Source: Planctomycetota bacterium (GTDB taxonomy: Bacteria; Planctomycetota; UBA1135; UBA2386). Taken from it: a stretch of 64,000 bases of DNA. Every line of letters begins with the position of its first letter. The stretch's first letter is position 1. Location of the stretch: assembly GCA_046290465.1 (NCBI GenBank), contig JBKAGP010000001.1, positions 864,001 through 928,000 on the forward strand, written 5' to 3'. Both the position numbers and the translations under genes were made by a program. Positions 17,012 to 24,919 of the stretch are shown here, one piece after another. The notes beneath the pieces are model-generated. The model was not told the origin of the DNA, did not search any database, and saw only the letters and a program-made list of their open reading frames with translations.

Positions 17012-17077
17012 TCTGGTCTGTGGTGGTTGAGCTCTTGGTTGGGCCCGGCGGTTTGGTCCCCCGCCGGGGCTGCGGCG

Positions 17078-19135
17078 TCAGTCCTTGCCTTCGCCCGCCT
17101 CCGACGATCCGTCGCCGTCGTCCGCGGTCTCCGGCAGGTGCTTGCCGATGTAGTCCTGCACCATCTTCTGCAGGCCCGGGTGCGCGGCCGAACCGAACGC
17201 CTTGGCGAGCAGCGTCAGGCGCTCCCGCTGCGACTGGTAGGTGGTCCGGTCGAACGCCCGCAGGCGCTGTTGGGCCTTCTGCTGCAGCTCGCGCTGCGCC
17301 GCCAGGTCCTCGATGTTGGCCTCGCCGTACAGCTCGACCAGCTGGTCGACTCCCTCGGCCACCCGCTCGTAACCGCCGCGGGTGTCGAAGAAGCCGGCCT
17401 CCTCGAAGTCCTTCTGCAGCTGCCGCGCGGCGGTGGCCTGCTCGGCCAGGATCGCGGTGCGCAGCTGCTGGGCGTTGCCGAGCTCTTCGGAGTCCATCGG
17501 CCAGGTCGCGAACACCTCGGCGATCGTCGCCAGCGCCTCGCCGGGACGGCCCTCCCGGTGCGCCTGGCGCGCGTCGCGCACGAGGTTGCCGGCCTGCAGC
17601 CGCTCGCTGCGGAAGCCGACCAGCAGCCTGGCCTTGGCGGTCTCGACGCAGAGGCCGTAGACGCCGCCGCCGACCACGCCGCGCACCGGCGTCGCGGCCT
17701 CGAACTGCAGCATGCCGCGGGTGCCGAAGCTGCCGAACAGCACGCTCTGCGCCGAGAACTCCGAGGCTGCCGCGGTCGATGCCCAGCGGCCGTCCTCGCC
17801 GGCGGCCATCACGCCGCTGCCCGAGTCGGCCGGCAGCACGAACTTGAGCGCGCCGACGCCGCTCGCTTCGAGCTGGAAGCCGCCCTCGTCCTGGCTGCAG
17901 GCGAGCGTCCCGCCGACGTCGGACAGCACGCACTGGCCGGCCTCGTGCAGCTTCTTCAGCGCCGCCGGCACCTGGTCGGGCACCACCGCCAGCACCGTCG
18001 CCGGATGCTGCGGATCGGCCGAACGCACCGCCAGCGCCGTGCCGAAGCCGAGCGCGGTCTCCCCCGATCCGAGCTTGTGCTCGACGACGTTCTTGTCGCC
18101 GCCCTCGGTGATCGCGACGTCGTCGACGTTGGCCTCGGCGCCGTCGCTCGGCAGCACCGCGACGACCTCGACCTGCAGGCGATCGCAGCCGGGCGGCACC
18201 GTGACGACCGCCTCGACGCGCTCCCAGCCGTCGCGAACGGCGATCTCGGAGCCGCTGACGAAGCGGAACGGCAACTCGTCGTTGTCGGCGAACGCGACCG
18301 CGCGCACGCCGATCTGCGCGTCCTCGAGCGTGCGGCAGTGGGCGGCGACGGTCAGCGTGCGGCCGGCGAACACCTGCACCGGCTCGCCGAGCTGCAGGAT
18401 CGCGAAGTCGTCGTCGGACTTCGGCGCGGTGGTCTTGCCGCCGGCAGCCTCGCCATCGCCGGCCCCGCCGTCGCCGGCCCCGTCGTCGTTGCCGCGGTAG
18501 GCGGCGAAGCCGTTGCCGCCGGTGTGGGCGTCGCCGCTGGCACGGAAGCCGAGGCCGCCGGCCTTCAGGTTCCAGCCCTCGTCGGTCTCGCAGTCGGCCA
18601 GTGCCTGGTCGAGCCGGTTGCCGGGCACCGACAGCGGGTCGCGGCGCTTCTGCGCGGTCGCGCCGCCGGTCGCCTGCTGCTGCTCCTGCTGCATCCACCA
18701 CCAGTAGCCGCCGCCGCCGCCGAGCACGACCAGCAGGATCAGCAGCAGACCGATCGGGCTGCCGCGCTTCTGCAGGCGCGCCGCGTCGAGCTTGCGCAGC
18801 GAGAACTCCTCGCCGTCGCCGTCCGCCGCCGCCGCCTCGTCGCCCTCGCTGCGGAACTTGACGCGCAGCCGGCCGACGGTGACGACGTCACCAGGGGTCA
18901 GCACCATCTCGGTGACGCGCTTGCCGTCGAGGAACGTGCCGTTGGTGGAGCCGAGGTCCTTCAGCACGAGTCGGTCGCCTTCCGGCGCGATCTCGCAGTG
19001 GACGCCCGACGTCTTCTCATCGGCGAGGACGAGGTCGTTGCCCGGTTTGCGGCCGATGCGCAGCACGGCATCGCCCACGGGCAGAACTTCGCCAGCGCGA
19101 TCCCCATCGAGGATCTCGAGGACGTAGTTGGCCAT
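17078..19135 (-). CDS. FHA-domain membrane protein with extracytoplasmic CBM4/9-like beta-sandwich and helical C-terminus
   Basis: IGRKPGNDLVL...SGVHCEI...DLGSTNGTFLDG; TM IGLLLILLVVLGGGGGYWWW; GWERVEAVVTVPPG...NVDDVAIT. Confidence 0.85.
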   Translation of the reverse strand: MANYVLEILDGDRAGEVLPVGDAVLRIGRKPGNDLVLADEKTSGVHCEIAPEGDRLVLKDLGSTNGTFLDGKRVTEMVLTPGDVVTVGRLRVKFRSEGDEAAAADGDGEEFSLRKLDAARLQKRGSPIGLLLILLVVLGGGGGYWWWMQQEQQQATGGATAQKRRDPLSVPGNRLDQALADCETDEGWNLKAGGLGFRASGDAHTGGNGFAAYRGNDDGAGDGGAGDGEAAGGKTTAPKSDDDFAILQLGEPVQVFAGRTLTVAAHCRTLEDAQIGVRAVAFADNDELPFRFVSGSEIAVRDGWERVEAVVTVPPGCDRLQVEVVAVLPSDGAEANVDDVAITEGGDKNVVEHKLGSGETALGFGTALAVRSADPQHPATVLAVVPDQVPAALKKLHEAGQCVLSDVGGTLACSQDEGGFQLEASGVGALKFVLPADSGSGVMAAGEDGRWASTAAASEFSAQSVLFGSFGTRGMLQFEAATPVRGVVGGGVYGLCVETAKARLLVGFRSERLQAGNLVRDARQAHREGRPGEALATIAEVFATWPMDSEELGNAQQLRTAILAEQATAARQLQKDFEEAGFFDTRGGYERVAEGVDQLVELYGEANIEDLAAQRELQQKAQQRLRAFDRTTYQSQRERLTLLAKAFGSAAHPGLQKMVQDYIGKHLPETADDGDGSSEAGEGKD

Positions 19136-19359
19136 ATGGATAGTGGTGAGGGGTCGTTGCGACGCCGTGAGGCGCCGTGACCGGCGGGGCGACCGGTGAA
19201 GGCTCGTCTCCGCCGGACGCGAAGGGAACCGTCTTGCATGCCCAGGGGGAGAGCGGGCGATACAGGACCATCACAAACTACCCGGTCCCGCCGGCACCGC
19301 AAGGTACTGTCGTGCGGACCAGCCGTTACAACGGACCGAACTTCCCGCGCGCACGTCGG

Positions 19360-20049
19360 ATGGCCAACCTCTACCACGTTCCAGGACTGCCCGATGCGGG
19401 CGAGGCGACGATCACCGGCGACGTCGCCCACCACCTGCTGCGCGTGCTGCGCATGCGCGAAGGCGACCGGATCGTGCTCGGCGACGGCCGCGGCCGGACC
19501 GCGCGGGCCACGATCCGGCAGGCCGGCAAGCGCGAGCTGGTCGCCGCGGTCGAACCCGCCATCGTGCACCGGCCCGTGCGCCCAGGGGTCACCGTGGCGT
19601 TCGCGTGCCCGAGGCCGGCGCGCACGGACTGGCTGATCGAGCACGGCACCGAGATCGGGGTGGCCCGCTTCCAGCCGCTGTGGACGACGCGCAGCCGGCC
19701 GCAGGCGCTGCGCGCCGACCGCTGGCGCAAGATCGCCGCGGCGGCCGCCGGCCAGTGCGCGCGGCCGTTCCTGCCCGAGGTGCGGGAGCCGCTGGAGCTC
19801 GCCGCGTTCCTGGCGACGGAGCTACCGTCGTGCCGGCTGCTCGCCGACGCGGCTGGCGACGTGCTCGACGGCGCGGGCGAAGCCGACGCAGCGGTGCTGC
19901 TGGTCGGGCCCGAAGGTGGCTTCGGCGAGCAGGAGCGCGCCGATGCGCTCGGGCACGGCTTCTCGGCCGTGCGGTTCGGCCCGCACATCCTGCGGACCGA
20001 GACCGCCGCGCTGCTCGGCGCGGCGGTGCTGCTGCGGGCCGCGACCTAG
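19360..20049 (+). CDS. rsmE: 16S rRNA (uracil-1498-N3) methyltransferase RsmE
   Basis: HHLLRVLRMREGD; TEIGV; AAGQCAR; VGPEGGF; ILRTETAA. Confidence 0.92.
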   Translation: MANLYHVPGLPDAGEATITGDVAHHLLRVLRMREGDRIVLGDGRGRTARATIRQAGKRELVAAVEPAIVHRPVRPGVTVAFACPRPARTDWLIEHGTEIGVARFQPLWTTRSRPQALRADRWRKIAAAAAGQCARPFLPEVREPLELAAFLATELPSCRLLADAAGDVLDGAGEADAAVLLVGPEGGFGEQERADALGHGFSAVRFGPHILRTETAALLGAAVLLRAAT

Positions 20050-20095
20050 CGCGGCCCCGAGGCCGTGCCGGATCGAGGCGCCGTGCGGTGGCCGG

Positions 20096-22174
20096 CTAGT
20101 TGCCGACCGTGACGCGCACGCCGTTCGACGTGATCACGCCCAGCTGGTTGGCCGGCACGTCGACGCACACCCACTGGTGGAACGCCGCGAGGCCGGCGAG
20201 CGCCGGGTTGTTCGGGATCACGATGCCGTAGCTGGCCGTGCCGATCGCCGTCGTCGGCACGCCGTTGAGCGCGTCGGGCGAGACCAGGATGTCGCAGCCC
20301 GGCGCGTTCGGCAGCGGAGCCGGCAGCGCGACGCCACCGCCCGTCTGGTCGGAGTAGCCCGAGACCAGCACCGCGAGGCTCGACGGAGCCGCGTCGGTCA
20401 GCTCGACGTTGTAGGTCGTGCCGAGGATCGGCAGCGCGTCGGCGCTCGCCGACGGCGTCAGGTTGAGCGGCTGGTTGGTGCAGTCGACGGTCCACGACGG
20501 ACGCATGATCTGGAAGCTCCACGGGCCGTTGCCGGTGCGCGCGTAGCCCAGGTTGACGTTGCCGGCCGACAGGTCGCTGAGGTAGGTCGTCTGCGGCGTG
20601 TTGTCGATGCCGATGTAGAAGTTCGCCGGCACCTGGATCGGCGGGTCGAACGTCGCCGTGTAGAAGCCCGGCGTCGCGCCGATCGTCATCGTCGTGGTCG
20701 CCAGCGGCGTCGGACCCGGGACGTTGCCCTGCACGCCGTAGATGCGCGCCGGCACCGTGACCTGACCGCCGGTCGAGGCGGTGAAGATCTGGAACTGGGT
20801 CAGCGTCGTCGCGGTCGACTGGCCGACGCGGTAGACGTACTCGTCGGTCGACGTGACCTGCGCCAGCGGGCCGCCGGCCGAGTTGAACGACGCACAGGTC
20901 GGCACCGCGATCTGCGTCGAGCCGACGCAGCCCGCGCCGAACGTGCCGTTCGAGGCGATCGTCGTGCCGCCGGGGACCTCGGTCTGGACCTGCACCGTCA
21001 TGGCGCCGGCACCCGGGCGGGCCTGCGTCAGCTCACAGAGCGACGTGCCCGGCGCGATGTCGGCGTCGAAGCCGAAGTTGTAGATCGTGTTCCACTCGAG
21101 CGCGTTCTGGCCGACCGGGGCGCTGAACACGATGCGGTTGTTGACGCGCGCGGCGGACCAGTCGTTGCTGGCGTCGTCGTCGAGGTCGCCGAACGTGAAG
21201 TTCGTCGCCGTCGCGGCCGCGTCGATCGGGACCTCGAAGGTCGCGCCGGCGCGGCTGTTGTCGACGTTGTGCACCGCGTACTCGTAGTGGTACTGGCCAC
21301 CGCCGAGCGGCGTGACCTTGACCGCGACGTAGAAGCGGCCGTCGTCGCTGCCGTTCGAGCCCGACTCGATCGACGCGCCCTGCCAGCGGCTCAGCACCGT
21401 GCCGAGCTGCATCGACGTGTTCGACTGGAAGAACCAGGTGCCGCCCGACTGGTTGGGCGTGAAGCCGCGGTGCGCGAGGTTGTCGCCGCGGTTGGCGACG
21501 TCCTCACCTTCGAGCACGAGGTGCAGCGCGTAGTAGTACTCGGCGCCGGCCACGAGCATGTCCTGCTCCTTGACCGTGCAGCGGTTGTCGACGCTGTCGA
21601 AGATGTTGGTCGCCAGGCTGAAGTTGCCGTCGGCCGGAGCCGGGTAGCCGGCCTGGTTCGGGTCGCCGATGTCGAAGTAGCTGCCGACCGGGTCCCACTC
21701 GCCCAGCCACGGGTTGATCTCCTCCGGCGGACCGAGGTCCGAGCGGTCGGCGTTGTTGCCGGCGCCGTAGGCGTCACCGCAGCCGAGGCCCATCTGGTTC
21801 CCCGGCGTGCTGGTGTTGCAGTTCGAGTTGCAGCCGGCGACCGTGTAGTTGACCGACAGCCACGCGTGCTTGCAGAACGACCACTCGTTGATCTGCTCGA
21901 TCTTGTCGTCGTGCACGCGCACGATCTGGAACCCGAAGAACGGGTGGTTCGGGTTCATCGCCGCGAACCACGGGATGTTCACGGTGCCCGGGTTGCACAT
22001 CTCGTTCATGAACGACATGCCGACCTCCCCGTTGTTGGTCGGACCGCGGCGACCCCAGTAGGTCAGGTTGCCGATGTCGATGACGGCCCCGTCGAGGCCG
22101 GGGACGATGTTCTGTTGGGCGGCGACGCCAGCCGCCAGCAGCATGGTGGCCGCGTAGGCAGAGATGCGATGCAT
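20096..22174 (-). CDS. Secreted Cys-rich multidomain protein, paralog A (692 aa), with planctomycete-type C-terminal domain
   Basis: Signal peptide VAA-Q; ends HQWVCVDVPANQLGVITSNGVRVTVGN. Confidence 0.85.
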   Translation of the reverse strand: MHRISAYAATMLLAAGVAAQQNIVPGLDGAVIDIGNLTYWGRRGPTNNGEVGMSFMNEMCNPGTVNIPWFAAMNPNHPFFGFQIVRVHDDKIEQINEWSFCKHAWLSVNYTVAGCNSNCNTSTPGNQMGLGCGDAYGAGNNADRSDLGPPEEINPWLGEWDPVGSYFDIGDPNQAGYPAPADGNFSLATNIFDSVDNRCTVKEQDMLVAGAEYYYALHLVLEGEDVANRGDNLAHRGFTPNQSGGTWFFQSNTSMQLGTVLSRWQGASIESGSNGSDDGRFYVAVKVTPLGGGQYHYEYAVHNVDNSRAGATFEVPIDAAATATNFTFGDLDDDASNDWSAARVNNRIVFSAPVGQNALEWNTIYNFGFDADIAPGTSLCELTQARPGAGAMTVQVQTEVPGGTTIASNGTFGAGCVGSTQIAVPTCASFNSAGGPLAQVTSTDEYVYRVGQSTATTLTQFQIFTASTGGQVTVPARIYGVQGNVPGPTPLATTTMTIGATPGFYTATFDPPIQVPANFYIGIDNTPQTTYLSDLSAGNVNLGYARTGNGPWSFQIMRPSWTVDCTNQPLNLTPSASADALPILGTTYNVELTDAAPSSLAVLVSGYSDQTGGGVALPAPLPNAPGCDILVSPDALNGVPTTAIGTASYGIVIPNNPALAGLAAFHQWVCVDVPANQLGVITSNGVRVTVGN
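21041..22100. repeat. About 1.06-kb direct repeat, copy 1 (near identical to 23387-24446)
   Basis: Constant offset of 2346 bp, only scattered substitutions. Confidence 0.92.
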
Positions 22175-22435
22175 CGGGGGGATCTCCAGAGGTGGGGTCA
22201 GGGGCAGAGACGCGAGAGCGGGTTCGCTCCAGCGAGTCGAGCGTAGCGCGCCGCCGGCCGCAGCACCAAGCCCCTCGCCCCCCTCCTTTCAAAGGACTTG
22301 CGCCGACCTGTCGGGCAGGCTTCCGCTCCATGGCACCGGCACGAAGCACACGCGCCCCGCCGCACGTTGGTGCGACGGGGCGCGCTGCGGCCGAGCGACC
22401 CGGCATGGCCGGACGCTTTGCGGACCGACCGGCGA

Positions 22436-24523
22436 TCAGTTGCCGATGGTGGCGATGCCGGCGTTCGACATCACGATCTTCAGGTTGTTGACCGTCGGGT
22501 CCCAGATGCCCCACTGGTGGAACACCGCGAGGCCGGTCAGCGCCGAGTTGTTCGGCACGACCATCGGCGACTGGGCGTTGCCCTGCGCGTCGGTGATCGC
22601 CAGCTCGAGCGACTCGGCGGCAACCAGCAGGTCACAGCCCGGCGCGTTCGGCAGGGGCAGCGGCAGCGGCAGACCGTTGTAGGCCTGGTCGGAAAGACCC
22701 GAGACCAGCACCGCAAACGTGTTCTCCAGCGCGTCGCTGACCGACGGGTTGTAGGTCGTGCCGAGCTGCGGCAGGCCGTTCACCGACATCGCCGGCGTCA
22801 GGTTGACCGAACCGGTGTTGCAGTTGACGCGCCAGGACGGCCGCTGGACCAGGCCCGACTGGTTCCAGGTCGTGCTCGATGTGCGGTAGAAGCCGACGCC
22901 GCCCGCACCCGCGGTCAGGTTGGAGATCACGCCGCTCGGCGAGTTCTCGTAGCCGATGTAGAACGTGCCGCTGACCGCGACCGGGGTCGCGAACGTCGCC
23001 GTGTAGAAGCCGGGCTGGGTGCCGACCGTGATCGTCGTCGACGCGAGCGGCGTCGCCGACGGGCCCCCGCCGACGTCGGCGTAGATGTGCGCCGGACGCG
23101 TCAGCGTGCCGTTGTTCGACTGCGTGTAGATGTCGAACGAGCTGACGTCGAATGCGGCACCGTTGGTGACGCGGAACGTGTACTCGTACTGGTTGGTGCT
23201 GCCCGACAGCGTGCCGCCCGAGCCGTTGAGCTCTTCCTGGCAGGTCACGACCGGCTCGGTCGCCGAGCCGGCGCAGCCAGCGCCGAACGTGCCGAACGTC
23301 GCGATCGTCGAGCCACCCGGCACCTGCGTCTGGACCTGCACCTCGTTGGCGCCGGCACCCGGACGGGCCTGCACCAGATCGGCGAACGACGTGCCCGGCG
23401 CGATGTCGGCGTCGAAGCCGAAGTTGTAGATGGTGTTCCACTCGAGCGCGTTCTGGCCGGCCGGCGCGCTGAACACGATGGTGTCGTTGACGCGCGCGGC
23501 GCTCCAGTCGTTGCTGGCGTCGTCGTCGAGGTCGCCGAACGTGAAGTTCGTCGCCGTCGCGGCCGGATCGATCGGGACCTCGAAGGTCGCGCCACCGCGG
23601 CTGTTGTCGACGTTGTGCACGGCGTACTCGTAGTGGTACTGGCCACCGCCCAGCGGCGTGACCTTGACCGCGACGTAGAAGCGGCCGTCGTCGTTGCCGT
23701 TCGAGCCCGACTCGATCGACGCGCCCTGCCAGCGGCTCAGCACCGTGCCGAGCTGCATCGAGGTGTTCGACTGGAAGAACCAGGTGCCGCCCGACTGGCC
23801 CGGCGTGAAGCCGCGGTGCGCGAGGTTGTCGCCGCGGTTGGCGACGTCCTCACCTTCGAGCACGAGGTGCAGCGCGTAGTAGTACTCGGCGCCGGCCACG
23901 AGCATGTCCTGCTCCTTGACCGTGCAGCGGTTGTCGACGCTGTCGAAGATGTTGGTCGCCAGGCTGAAGTTGCCGTCGGCCAGCGCCGGGTAGCCGGCCT
24001 GGTTCGGGTCGCCGATGTCGAAGTAGCTGCCGACCGGGTCCCACTCGCCGAGCCACGGGTTGATCTCCTCCGGCGGACCGAGGTCCGAGCGGTCGGCGTT
24101 GTTGCCGGCGCCGTAGGCGTCACCGCAGCCGAGGCCCATCTGGTTGCCCGGCGTGCTGGTGTTGCAGTTCGAGTTGCAGCCGGCGACCGTGTAGTTGACC
24201 GACAGCCACGCGTGCTTGCAGAACGACCACTCGTTGATCTGCTCGATCTTGTCGTCGTGCACGCGCACGATCTGGAACCCGAAGAACGGGTGGTTCGGGT
24301 TCATCGCCGCATACCACGGGATGTTGACCGTGCCCGGGTTGCACATCTCGTTGCGGAACGACATGCCGACCTCGCCGTTGTTGGTCGGGCCGCGGCGACC
24401 CCAGTAGGTCAGGTTGCCGATGTCGATGACGGCCCCGTCGAGGCCGCTGACCACGTTGCTCTGGGCCAACACGCCCGAAGCTGCGAGGGAACAAACGAGG
24501 AGGGATCGCGCGATGCGTTGCAT
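22436..24523 (-). CDS. Secreted Cys-rich multidomain protein, paralog B (695 aa)
   Basis: MQRIARSLLVCSLAASGVLA-Q signal peptide; ends HQWGIWDPTVNNLKIVMSNAGIATIGN. Confidence 0.85.
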   Translation of the reverse strand: MQRIARSLLVCSLAASGVLAQSNVVSGLDGAVIDIGNLTYWGRRGPTNNGEVGMSFRNEMCNPGTVNIPWYAAMNPNHPFFGFQIVRVHDDKIEQINEWSFCKHAWLSVNYTVAGCNSNCNTSTPGNQMGLGCGDAYGAGNNADRSDLGPPEEINPWLGEWDPVGSYFDIGDPNQAGYPALADGNFSLATNIFDSVDNRCTVKEQDMLVAGAEYYYALHLVLEGEDVANRGDNLAHRGFTPGQSGGTWFFQSNTSMQLGTVLSRWQGASIESGSNGNDDGRFYVAVKVTPLGGGQYHYEYAVHNVDNSRGGATFEVPIDPAATATNFTFGDLDDDASNDWSAARVNDTIVFSAPAGQNALEWNTIYNFGFDADIAPGTSFADLVQARPGAGANEVQVQTQVPGGSTIATFGTFGAGCAGSATEPVVTCQEELNGSGGTLSGSTNQYEYTFRVTNGAAFDVSSFDIYTQSNNGTLTRPAHIYADVGGGPSATPLASTTITVGTQPGFYTATFATPVAVSGTFYIGYENSPSGVISNLTAGAGGVGFYRTSSTTWNQSGLVQRPSWRVNCNTGSVNLTPAMSVNGLPQLGTTYNPSVSDALENTFAVLVSGLSDQAYNGLPLPLPLPNAPGCDLLVAAESLELAITDAQGNAQSPMVVPNNSALTGLAVFHQWGIWDPTVNNLKIVMSNAGIATIGN
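23387..24446. repeat. About 1.06-kb direct repeat, copy 2
   Basis: Matches 21041-22100. Confidence 0.92.
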
Positions 24524-24919
24524 GATCTGGAGAGGATTTCGGGAACAGGTCTGGGTAGGGGTTCGCGGCACGCCGGGCTCACCTCGTCTCCCGCCGGGCG
24601 CGGTGCCCGTGCGGGCACGCGAGTAGGGCGGCACGGCGCGACGCCGGCACGCCCGCCGACGGCGGGGAATGCGCTTGCATGAGGTGGAGAGAGGCCCGGT
24701 GCGACCGGGCGGTTGAGGCGAGGCAGGGTGGGTGCGGCTGCACCCGGCAGATCGAAGCGGCGGGCCGATAGGGCCGTCGGGGCAGGACGGCGATGGAGAT
24801 CGCAGAAGACTACCACGACCGCCCGCACGGTTACACGATGCAGACGCCGACGATCACCGCAGATCCCCTCGGGCTGCGGCCTTGCGCCGGAGCGCCACGC
24901 CCCCGATCGTGCACCGCGC

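Noticed and set aside
21041..24446. Direct repeat pair as a diversity-generating retroelement (TR/VR)
   Set aside because: Differences are not adenine-restricted (e.g. CCG/CTG, GCC/GGT), the repeat is about 1 kb inside two complete genes, and no reverse transcriptase is present
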